A DNA stretch of 60,032 nucleotides, the filler included, from Squatina squatina (lineage: Eukaryota): the NCBI GenBank assembly GCA_031763465.1. It is 3 parts of 3 records of this genome, joined end to end, with 100 filler letters (N's around TTAATTAATTAA, not from the genome) between each part and the next. Parts side by side here need not be neighbours in the genome. Positions count along the whole stretch, not along the records: positions 1 to 12,295 come from JARFOE010000233.1; positions 12,396 to 44,183 come from JARFOE010000080.1; 1 more part is not named here. The stretch is one strand, 5' to 3'. The notes under the pieces are model-generated. The model had not been told where the DNA came from. It did not search any database and saw nothing but the letters and a program-made list of their open reading frames with translations. Shown piece by piece: positions 11,170 to 22,225 of the stretch. The position numbers and the translations under genes are program-made. Positions within the stretch are counted from its first letter, which is position 1; every line of letters starts with the position of its first letter.

Positions 11170-11975
11170 TTAGGAACTAGTTTAAGACTACATTACTCAA
11201 GTTTGCAGATGATACCAAACTAGGAGGGGCAGTGGAATCAGAGGAGGCAGATCAGAAATTACAGAATTAGCTGGACAAAATGCATAAGTGGCAGTTGAAA
11301 TTTCACAGACAGCCGTAAAAGTGCTGCAGGTGGGCAACACCTACTCCCCTGAATAGTGTTGAAATAGCTAAGATGCAGTTTTGAGAAATTAAGGGGTCTT
11401 AGCAGACTCATCATGCCCAACTAATGCACAGGAAGAATCAACAAAGCCAGCAGAACTATACAGCCACAACACTAGAATACAAGTCAGAGGAAGTCATGAT
11501 CACATTGCACAATGCTCTCATCACGCCACACTCCTGGTCACAGAGATATTCAAGCTTTGGAGGTAGTATAGAAAAGCCACAGGATGATTTACATTTGGAA
11601 GATATCAGTTATGAGAAAACACTGGAGAAACCTTGGCTTTTCAGCCATAAAAGGAGGCATCTGAGAGGTGATCTTGGAGAGGTAGATAAAGTAGTTATGG
11701 GAATAGTAAAGGTAAATTCAGAATACTGCTGCATAATGCAAGAGTAAGATTGGGGAACACGGGTTGAAAGCAATAAAAGAATGATTTAAGACTGATGTCA
11801 GGAAATTCTTCTTTACACACAGAGTGATATACACCTGGAATGGACTCCCAGATAGAGCAGGAGAGGTATAAATCCAGGATTCATTTAAGGACCAATTGGT
11901 TGGGGGGGCTTTAAGGTCACTCTAGATGGATTAATCAAGATGGGCCAAATGGTCTTCCTCATTTGTAATTGTCTA
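11170..11975 (+). mobile_element. Older CR1 LINE 3' fragment
   Basis: Degenerate KFADDTKLGG, LEYKSEEVM, LRGDL and FFTHRVIYTWNGLP motifs. Confidence 0.8.
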
Positions 11976-12339
11976 CTTGTTTTACATAGGTCTGTGAAAT
12001 GACAAATTCAACGAGAATAAGCAATAAATATATTTGTCACTGTGGGGTCAATTTTAAGCCGACCTGCCTGGCAGGGAGGCAGGTAAAATTTGTTAGAAAA
12101 AAATACATGAAAAAAAACCTTGAAGCAACACAATAATCCGTAGTTTTATAGCAAAATTACACAACTTAAAAACAGTTCCATAGTATTACATGGGTGCAGG
12201 AGCAAACTGAAGCAGGAAATCTGGAGACCCAATTTAAGGAGAGGCACTACGCAACCCAATTGCATGAATCTTGAGGCCTTGTGGGCAGTATGACTNNNNN
12301 NNNNNNNNNNNNNNNNNNNNNNNNNNNNNNNNNNNNNNN

Positions 12340-12351
12340 TTAATTAATTAA
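12340..12351. other. Artificial six-frame-stop scaffold linker TTAATTAATTAA
   Basis: Flanked by exactly 44 N on each side (100 in total); identical structure at 44228. Confidence 0.95.
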
Positions 12352-13784
12352 NNNNNNNNNNNNNNNNNNNNNNNNNNNNNNNNNNNNNNNNNNNNCCTTC
12401 ACGCCACCCGAAGCATTCATTGCACAGTGTCAGGTACAGTGATGCACAGTTAAGCCTCAGGGTAGTTTTCTGCGAAGCTGCAGTGTCCATTAGTGCGCGG
12501 GTCGTAGGCACTGCTGTTGTGAATCCGACAGCTGCACCGCTCGCAGGGCCAGGGGTAGAAGTAGTTGGGGGTGAAATGGCAGTCTTTCCTGCTCTGATGT
12601 ACGCAAGGGCTGTTTCTGTCCGATTAGCCCTCAGAGCATCTGAGGTGACTCGACGGCACTGAAATGCTAACTTTGCCCTCTGTGGGGTGCTGCCAGAAGT
12701 TCAGGGTCTGGAGATAGACTTTCTTTTGTGCTCGTTTGAAAAAAAAAAGCCCAGAAAAATGATGCTAACAGTATCAGCAAAGACAGGATTTTCTCGCTCA
12801 ACGTAGCCAAACATGTTTCAAACCAGCTCAGATGCTTAATTTTCTAAGATTCTCAAAGCGTGTATCATAAATGATTTCGAGTAAATTCTAGTGCAGCACA
12901 ATGAACAATCATTGTGGATGACATGCCCTTTAGCAACCCATATATACTGATAATGTTCTGCATCAATGTTCACAGATCTTATAGTCTCCTGATATTTGCC
13001 TGTTTCATCAAAGCGGTACTAATGAATTTTATAGTAGCACTCATGAGTAATGGCATATTATAAAAGTCAAGTTATTTCAGATACATAGATTTCATGATTC
13101 TTCTTGATCTCCAAACAAACCGCAGCTCAAAAGTGCACTTATGCAGAAAGTAATAAAAACATTAGCTTTCCTCTTGTTAGCTGATATATATCTTAAAGTG
13201 CATTCGAGCATACTGTGCTGCTTCCTTATGCGGGACCAGAACAATGGGGCGGTAAAGGACCCCACCTGTCCTGGGGCCAATTCGAGTGGCCGGGGACGGG
13301 CTGCAGCATTCGTGACCTCACAGCTAGGGGTGCGCCGCGCTGGCAGTGAGGGTCAGGTGAGCGGCCTTGGTGACTGTCACCGTTCCGGGTAAGCGTAGCG
13401 GGGCAATGCTAAACAAGCATTGTTACAGCACTGAACTGGTGGTGANNNNNNNNNNNNNNNNNNNNNNNNNNNNNNNNNNNNNNNNNNNNNNNNNNNNNNN
13501 NNNNNNNNNNNNNNNNNNNNNNNNNNNNNNNNNNNNNNNNNNNNNTATTTTTTAAACTTTATCCAGCAGTTGTGCACCCACTGATTCCATTTTCCTAGCA
13601 TTCCACTGACTAATTGAGAATGCTAAAGAAACAGATCGGCCAGATATATCAGTCTTGTACTTAGGCCGAGAAATTGGGGGCAGTAACACTTGCGAGACAC
13701 GAGACTTTGTACCAGGCGCCGAGGCCTCGTTTCTCACTGCCCTCGAAAGGAAGTGGAGTGACAAAGCAAGTGCCCCACTTCCTT

Positions 13785-14242
13785 CAACTCACCCATCACC
13801 CCTGTGCTCTCTGACCTACATTGGCTCCTGGTTTAGCAAAGCCTCGATTTCGAAATTCTCATCCTTGTTTACAAATCCCTCCATGGCCTCCCCCCCCACC
13901 CCCTCCCCTCTCTATCTCTGTAACCTCCTCCAGCCTCACAACCCCCCGGAGTTATCTGCACTCCTCTAATTCTGCACTCTTGAGCATCCCTGATTATAAT
14001 CGCTCAACCATTGGTGGCTAAGCTCTGGAATTCCCTCCCTAAGCATCTCTGCCTTTCTACCTCTCTTTCCCCCTTCAAGACGCTCCTTAAAACCTACCTC
14101 TTCGACCAAGCTTTTGGTCACCTGCCCTAATTTCTCCTTATGTGACTCGGTGTCATATTTTTGTCTCATAATACTCCTGTGAAGCGGCTTGGGACATTTT
14201 ACTACTTTAAAGGCGCTACATAAATACAAGTTGTTGTTGTTG
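13785..14242 (+). mobile_element. L2 LINE 3' fragment
   Basis: CCATCACCCCTGTGCTC..CTGACCTACATTGG..ACAAGTTGTTGTTGTTG. Confidence 0.85.
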
Positions 14243-16112
14243 CAAACTGCTAAAATGACCGCAAGATTATTTTATGAACTGGCATTTTGTTAAAAGTGAA
14301 ACAGTGATAGCGACATGCCCTTTATCTTTCCTTATTTAATGCCTGGTTGTTATACAGCACCTTATTCATCGAGTCCTTGCAATAATTTCTGCCGTCAAAT
14401 GATGACTTGCACCATCCACCATTAAATTATGCAAGAAATAAAATGATTTTACTGGGCCAATCGTCCAACCATAGCAAGAAAGTAAAAATATAAATTATAA
14501 TAATCTATTTGAAGTTCCACTGGATAAAGCCTGTCTTTATGGCTGTGCAAAGAGAGTGGAATGTAACATTTATCGTACTGGCAATCTCTCTCAGTAATGG
14601 CACCAGCTGATTTATGAGCAACGTGTCAGCGTTCTCAATCATGCACTGCGCACCGAGCAGAGTGGCAGAAGATGCATAGGGATCAGCAGAGCTCTCAGCC
14701 ATCTTGTCAAAAGACTCATATTTTTCACTGTCAGTGCTTCTGTTCCCAGAAAATACATCTGGCAACCAAGTGCACTGCACAATAAAGTTTAGAATACAAT
14801 CGCAGGGGTAAATTTTGCAAAGCTCCATCAGCAGTGCAATGCTGTGGTGCTGGGTTTATCTATATATTAAAAAAATCTGCCATTAGATTCAGTGTGTTCT
14901 GCCCTTTTTGCAACAGGGGAATCCAGGAGGTTGGTTGCATTTGNNNNNNNNNNNNNNNNNNNNNNNNNNNNNNNNNNNNNNNNNNNNNNNNNNNNNNNNN
15001 NNNNNNNNNNNNNNNNNNNNNNNNNNNNNNNNNNNNNNNNNNNGAAGCTTCCGATCGCAATTTCAGGGCCACTATTTCTGCTGCTTACATCAGGATAGGT
15101 TGCTCACTCTGACATGCTATCCCACATATTCCATGCGTCGAGCATTGGTTCATAGAAAGTGTAGGCTTGCCTTTGGATGCTGACTTTTGCTGTGAGCAGG
15201 ACTAATGAGTGTTGGGAAACTAGGCCAAAATATAAGCAGGAGCAATTAAGCATTGGCTTTAAAGGGACATGTTGCGTGTGTAGCTAAACTTCACAATTGT
15301 ACTCCGGCACCCCCCGGGCTCCCATGAAGGATCAGTTCGCTAATGCAAAACACCGGTTGCCTGCCTACCCAAAAGACAAACTACCTGGCCAAAACAATGG
15401 ATAGCTGCCACTATAACATGAATCCTTGGACAGAAGAGGATATAGAGATTAGAGTTATTCAACTGTACCAGAATGACCTTATCTTAATTAGAACAAAATA
15501 AGGCTCAGGATGGATGAATTATTGGAAAGAAAAGTGACACAACATATGATTTGCCCTTTGCAGTCGGTGTATTAGGTAAGCCAGCAAAAATGCAGTTCAT
15601 CATTCCCTGTTCCATTTGCAATGATTGAATACCTTGTTACACTTTAATATGCTGCATATCCTTAGGTTGAGTTATATAAATGTACATTCACTTTTTGGAT
15701 TATCTTTAGTCAGTTGGTCGATGATGATCTAATAGACTTCAAATAACCCTCAATGGGTTAACAGCTGACTTAAATGACAACATCTGTAGCAATAAAAAAA
15801 CAAATCCTTGCTCAAAATAACTTTTTTCTATCAGGAATTTTATTGTCATTTTTTTGCTAAGCAGTTTTTGAAGGGTGAAGTTTTCTCTCCACATATCTCT
15901 GAAGAATCAGATTTTCTCTGTTTGCTATTCGTGGCAAAATTATAAGTGCGTTCTTTATACTCACACTTAACGGTTCCACTATAAATAGTGAATGGAGGGT
16001 GGCGCCCCCGTGNNNNNNNNNNNNNNNNNNNNNNNNNNNNNNNNNNNNNNNNNNNNNNNNNNNNNNNNNNNNNNNNNNNNNNNNNNNNNNNNNNNNNNNN
16101 NNNNNNNNNNNN

Positions 16113-16238
16113 GACGGTTGGGACCAGGAAATTGGAAACTGTTAAAGTGGCAGAGGGCATCGGAAGAGCCACAGATGTAGGTGGGAAGAGACTGGACAAG
16201 GGGAGAAAAAATAGAGTCTAAAAAGGAGGAAATCAAAT
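16113..16238 (-). mobile_element. Penelope-like element RT fragment
   Basis: ISSFLDSIFSPLVQSLPTYICGSSDALCHFNSFQFPGPNR resembles the PLE RT segment just before TMDVxSLYT. Confidence 0.7.
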
Positions 16239-18718
16239 GATCAATTAGTGACTAATTGGTATATTGTAGTGAATAATTCAATGCACAAACAACAAAGTGC
16301 ACCATTCTGACATATGACTTTGGTGTTCAGGAATTACAAACCTTTATCCACTGGGGAATTAAATTAGGTGTTTGCATTTATGCTATTGCATTTTTTTTGT
16401 TGTTCGAAACATTTTAACCAAAAAAGCTGGGACGTTGGAACACCCCGCAGCCATTATGCATCTTCTATTTCTAGGTTAGTATTGATGGGTTCTGCCTAAT
16501 AGTTTCAGCTGATAAATGCGGTAGTTTCATTTGCACAAGAGTCCCAGTTAGCAAGCTTTAAACTGCATTCAGATTGAATGATATGTTTGATTATAGGACG
16601 CTGCAGTACTTCATGTAATTGTGAATTAAGAAAACCAGCTGAGGTTTGATATTTCCAAAGTTCAGTTGTCTTCAAAGCAAATCCGCCACAACTGAAGTGG
16701 TGAGGCAGAATTTAAACGCTCAGCCAAGATGCGGGAGATTGCCACAGATTGGATCAATACACTAAAGATTCACATCCCAATCAGCAAGCAGAAAGAAATT
16801 CATGCCAGTCAGGGAGAACAGATGTTAATGATACTTCCCATCATTACGAGAAGCCATTGTGGCCAGATTGCACGCTAACCCAGTGGCCAAAATATTCCTG
16901 CAGGAAAGAAGATAANNNNNNNNNNNNNNNNNNNNNNNNNNNNNNNNNNNNNNNNNNNNNNNNNNNNNNNNNNNNNNNNNNNNNNNNNNNNNNNNNNNNN
17001 NNNNNNNNNNNNNNNCAACCGTTCCTCATAAGACAATCCCTTCCATACCCGGAACCAATCTAGTGAACCTTCTCTGAACTGCCTCCAATGCAAGTATCTC
17101 CTTCCTTAAATAAAGGGGTCAATGTTCATATTTAGTTTATGAATTCATTCTGTCATGTTGTTTGGATTGCTTGGGATCAGTATGGCAAAGTCACAAACCA
17201 CCTGTGGTACAGAATTAATGGAAGGTAACAATAATTCTATAAGCACCTTATAGTGTACAGTCAAACCTTTCTGACTCTAGGTTTACAGCTTAGTGTTATG
17301 CTTAAGCATCTGTGCAGTAGAGTTAATGACATCAATGAAGTAAACAACTTCCCTCTATAATATTTTTCCGCTCAAACATTAATGAGCTCTAATTGTAGTG
17401 CTGAAGTATTTTTTTTTATTGAGGATGGTTAATGACACTGTGATGAAAATGAATACTTGCACCGTCTCGCTCTGTGAGCAGTAAACCGCGTGCAAATATA
17501 TGAATGTGGAAGCTGCAGAGTCAGTGAAGGTGCCTGGAGATATTAACATCTGTGTGACTGCAGCAACCATTTTACAATTCAGTGGACCTTAAGCAAACCA
17601 CAGATAGAAATCTGTTCAGTACACAAATTGGATTTTAACGTACGTTCAATTACTGCTTATGTTCCAGCTGTTCAGAATCGCTGGAACAGAACTAGAGCAA
17701 TGTTCTTTTCATGGGATGCACACACATAGTGGGAATGTCTTATTCCTTTCAGTTAGACCACAGTTCTCTGCCAGTCACTAATGGAACTACTGACAGAAAG
17801 AACAACCTGCATTTGTGTTTATATAACCTATTTCACGACTTCAGGACGTATCGAAGCGCTAACCTACCAGATACATAATCACAAAGATGGACATGACAGG
17901 ACTTTAATTTACCTGTACCATGCATTGTGCTCTGTTNNNNNNNNNNNNNNNNNNNNNNNNNNNNNNNNNNNNNNNNNNNNNNNNNNNNNNNNNNNNNNNN
18001 NNNNNNNNNNNNNNNNNNNNNNNNNNNNNNNNNNNNTTTATAGTCTCTGAAAGGCAGCAACAAATCATACAGATCATTATGGACACATCAGTGCAGTCAC
18101 AAGGCTAAATTCACAGGGAGTCCAGGTGTTTTGAAGCTATGAGCAGAACTTGGCATTTTCACAGAAAGTTCTCGAGGTGTTTAATGACTTCCTTTTCATA
18201 GAAGCGCTGTGTTTTTTTTTTGAAAGACACTGATAAACCTTTCTGGAAATTTGCAGTGTTTATTAGTGCTGAGTGAGTGATTGCACCCCCTGCAGATTTT
18301 TAAGAAGCTTTTTTATCACATGGAACTTAAGCTCGCGGTAGACGATCTCAGTGAATATTTATGTGGCCAACAACTGCATGCACCAGCAATTATCTATCAA
18401 TGTGAGGAAAGGTTAGAAATTAAATTACTGCGGCATCTGACTCCTACAGTGAGTATAATTGAGTATCTTTGTTACTTCCTTCATTACTATATTTAATAAG
18501 AGCTAAATAATAGGGGTACTTTGGTGAAAAGAGGCTTGAATATGAACAGAGGCAGTAATGCACTTTCTGTTGACGATCAGTTATCTATTTGGCGGTACAT
18601 TAAAATTGTCTCTTCTGGNNNNNNNNNNNNNNNNNNNNNNNNNNNNNNNNNNNNNNNNNNNNNNNNNNNNNNNNNNNNNNNNNNNNNNNNNNNNNNNNNN
18701 NNNNNNNNNNNNNNNNNN

Positions 18719-18856
18719 CCGGGCCAGGCCTTTGCACCCCGGCAGAATTTCCCGGGAGGGGAGTTGGTCGCCGCTCGGCGCCATTTTGTCCAGTTTCACC
18801 CCATTAGCGCCCCTCAGAGTCACTAACGGGGTGCAACTGGAAATGAATTTCTAGCC
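18719..18856. mobile_element. End of a Harbinger-like MITE (same family as 8766)
   Basis: Ends AATTTCTAGCCC, the reverse complement of GGGCTAGAAATT at 8767. Confidence 0.6.
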
Positions 18857-18881
18857 CGTGATCCTGTATTACTACAACTGA

Positions 18882-18903
18882 GTGTGTGTGTGTGTGTGTG
18901 TGT
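18882..18903. repeat. (GT)n microsatellite
   Basis: About 11 GT units seen directly. Confidence 0.95.
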
Positions 18904-19889
18904 AACATAACATGTAAAGCAACCAAAACAAAAAAGAACAAGAAAGCCGTCTAACATGACTCACCAGGCATTGTCCTTAGAACAAACAAATGGCACTGAG
19001 AAACACTCAGAGGCTGTAGAGATTTATGGGATGTTAAATAGCGCATGAAACAGATATGGATGGCAAACAGCACCTGCCACAAGTCACATTCCTGATGATA
19101 AAATAAAATTTTTAATGGTACATTAGCATCTTGTGCAATGACAAATGTCCCAGATTGGAAGGTATGAATGAGTGCAGAAGAGGGCCATTGCATAACGCTA
19201 TTGCAGGGAAGAAACTCATATTTCATCCCCTCTATCTTATTTCTGCATATTGACTTTATTACTCCTAAAAGCACTTCTCTAAATCGTACTCAGGTGTTCT
19301 GATGATCAGCACTTATTTCTGTTTTTAACGTTTTTACGTTTTTTGCCTGCTCCTGTACATTATACTAATTAAAACTCCAGACCGCTGCTTTTTTTAAGTA
19401 TAATTAACATTACATTTGTCGCGTGGAAGAAACAGATCTATCTTACGTTGAGAATACTGGGCTGCGCTAAACATTATAACCTGACGTGATTTTACCCTCT
19501 TGATTTAATTTGTGCTATTTCTAGACACATACTCCATTTGCCAAAAAAAACCCAATAAATCTAAAAGCATTTGTCATTTGTTAATTAGAAATATTCCAGA
19601 GCTCGTAGACTTATTATCTGATCTTTGTCATTAGAAGTCATTGAAATCTTGCTTCTAAAATAAAGCCAGCAATTTGTTCGGCCTTTTGAAGTCATTTTAC
19701 TTTATTTAAAAATTATTTTCGCTATAGCACTTGTGCAGTCTCACAATACATCACCACATTAGTCAATGGAGCTCTTCCATTCGCCAATCGGACTGTAGTT
19801 ATACATGAGACACAACTACCAGCTCTGGTGCTGCTGTTTCAGCCATTTGACTGCACCCAACTTTAATAACTGATTGCAAATTAATTTGA

Positions 19890-20306
19890 CGTCAGCTGTG
19901 GCTCAGTGGACTCACCTCTGAGTCAGAAGGTTGAGGGTTGAAGTCCCACTCCAGAGACTTCAGCCCCATAATCCTGGCTGACACTCCACTGAGGGAATGC
20001 TGCACTGTCGGAGGTGCCGACTTTTGGACGAGATGCTTAACCGATGCCCCGTTTTCCCCTTCAGGTGGATGTAAAAGATCCCATGCACTATTTCGAAGAA
20101 GAGCTGGGGGAGTTCCCCCCAGTGACCTGAACAATATTTATCCCGCAATCAAATCTTTAAAAAGAACAGATAATCTAGTCATTTATCAGATTGCTGTTTC
20201 TGGGGCCTTGCTGTGTACGAGTCCTACATTACAACTGACTACACCTCAAAAGTACTTCAGTGGCTGTAGAGCATTTTGGGACGACATGAGGTCATGAAAG
20301 GTGCTA
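19890..20306 (+). mobile_element. SacSINE1-like SINE, near full length
   Basis: A-box GTGGCTCAGTGG, B-box-like GGTTGAAGTCCC, Deu core CAGGTGGATGTAAAAGATCCCATG, tail GAGGTCATGAAAGG. Confidence 0.85.
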
Positions 20307-20607
20307 CTACTACTACTACGGGAAAAGCTTATAATGGGATGTTTTGTTCAGCAATCCATTCGATGGCCTCCTGAGATGACGAGTGGAGAAATGAGGCACC
20401 TCCCGCAACAGATCTTCGTGGGCAGGTTGTTGTGACGTGTTCCATGATCTGGGACTCGTGGCCACTGTTGCACTTTGGGTCGTCCCTCGCCTTCCACTTG
20501 TGGAGCAGGCGGCCGCATGGTCCGTGGACATCGACAGCGGATTCGGTCGAGTGCCGTCCCCTGTCTTCATTGGAGGTCGAAGTCAGGGATCTCTGCTGTT
20601 GGGTCAG
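20307..20607 (-). mobile_element. 5'-truncated Vingi/Ingi-type non-LTR retrotransposon end with (TAG)n tail and TSD
   Basis: Translation DPTAEIPDFDLQ*RQGTALDRIR / HGPCGRLLHKWKARDDPKCNSGHESQIMEHVTTTCPRRSVAGGASFLHSSSQEAIEWIAEQNIPL*. Flanked by TGAAAGGTGCTA (20295) and TGAAAGGCGCTA (20608). Confidence 0.75.
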
Positions 20608-21572
20608 TGAAAGGCGCTATGAAAATTCACATTTATTTATTGATTAATATTAAAAAATATTTAACCACTGTAAAATCCGGCGATTACATGCTTCTTGCTA
20701 CTTTATGTGGAGTCTTACATAGGATATATGACACAGAAAAGGGTCATGTGGCCCAACCAGTCCATGCCGGTGTTTATGCTCCACTCGANNNNNNNNNNNN
20801 NNNNNNNNNNNNNNNNNNNNNNNNNNNNNNNNNNNNNNNNNNNNNNNNNNNNNNNNNNNNNNNNNNNNNNNNNNNNNNNNNNNNNNNNAATGGCGGCATT
20901 TGCATTTTTACACCATTGCTGTAATATTTATGGTGAAGCATCAGCTCTGTCCCATTAACCTTACTTGGTAAGCCGAAGACTGATTACATTGGAGCTTTTA
21001 ACAAATTGCAGTAAAATATTAGTTTCAGTCAGAAGAAACCATGATTTTCCTGACCTATCAGGTATTTCCTACAGCAGTTGGCATCATGGATGTTATGTTC
21101 CTGAAATCTATCCTTCAAGTAGTTAAGTCTTTCACACATTTATTTTGTCAATTTCTTGATAAGCGCTAAGATAACAGGGTGCTGGAATTATGCCAGCTTG
21201 TCCCAGTTTCCAGGCAAGGGATATTTATGTTCTTTGCGAGCACAGACCCATATCTATACTGAAAGTGATAGTGAAATTGCTGAAGGATGCTTTTTTTTCC
21301 ATCATCCCCCTATGTCTTCATTGATAGATATATTTCCAATTAGATTTAATCTCATTTCTGCTCAAGTATCATAACTGTTTGAACAGCCTTCAGAGCTCTG
21401 GGTAACTTTTCAAGGACAATGCATTTTAAGGTCCACCAATACGGTACATTCAGAATTATAATGATTATTTTATTCACAATAAATGATTGATATACGTAGA
21501 CTGCTTAGAAACAGTGATTCAAAATTCGTGGTACATCAACGAGAAATATTCTCATCGAAGCGGTATTAATGC

Positions 21573-21672
21573 AGTTCTGACGAAGGGTCAACGACCTGAG
21601 ACATTAACTCTGTTTCTCTCTCCACAGGTGCTGCCTGACCTGCTGAGTATTTCCAGCATTCTCTGTTTTTTT
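21573..21672 (+). mobile_element. Penelope-like terminal repeat with degenerate hammerhead motif
   Basis: AGTT CTGACGA AGGGTC-AAC-GACCT GAGAC ATT AACT, followed by CTCTCCACAG..GCTGCCTGACCTGCTGAG. Confidence 0.65.
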
Positions 21673-22099
21673 TTAACATTAATGACTGTCTAACTATTTT
21701 ATACCACTCCACAGTTNNNNNNNNNNNNNNNNNNNNNNNNNNNNNNNNNNNNNNNNNNNNNNNNNNNNNNNNNNNNNNNNNNNNNNNNNNNNNNNNNNNN
21801 NNNNNNNNNNNNNNNNGTTCATCCACTGAAGCTGCCTCTGGCGATTCCTAGCCTGACCTCTTGCCTAACAGTTAATCTTTCTTATCTCCTGAAGAACATG
21901 ATAAAAGGCCGCAGACTGGATTCTTTCAATTGATGATCAATAGCACCCAATTCCTTTGCTGAAGGACAGTTCTTCCCCTTGTACACATGTTCCACGTTCC
22001 CTATTCCAACATGTATTAATTCGTAGTAAAAATCCATTCTGTACAGGTGTTTAATTCAATACAAGGTGCGAATAGCTCAGCTGAGGCGGGTTGTTTGGG

Positions 22100-22225
22100 A
22101 ACCTAGGGATATGGAGATCGAGCGGGAAATTGGAGTCGAGGTCAAGGATCAGCCATGAACTTGTTGAATTGTGGAGCAGGCTCGAGGGGCCGAATGGCCT
22201 ACTCCAGCTCCTAATTCTTATGTTG
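22100..22225 (+). mobile_element. CR1 LINE 3' end
   Basis: GGAGCAGGCTCGAGGGGCCGAATGGCCTACTCC tail. Confidence 0.8.

Noticed and set aside
12340-12351. TTAATTAATTAA as a biological palindrome
   Set aside because: Centred in exactly 100 positions of gap at two places; an assembly linker.
18976-19014. Short minus-strand exon-like stretch (ctacag..gtgagt)
   Set aside because: Too short, no recognisable peptide.
19890-19960. tRNA-like A/B boxes
   Set aside because: SINE head, not a tRNA gene; no full cloverleaf.
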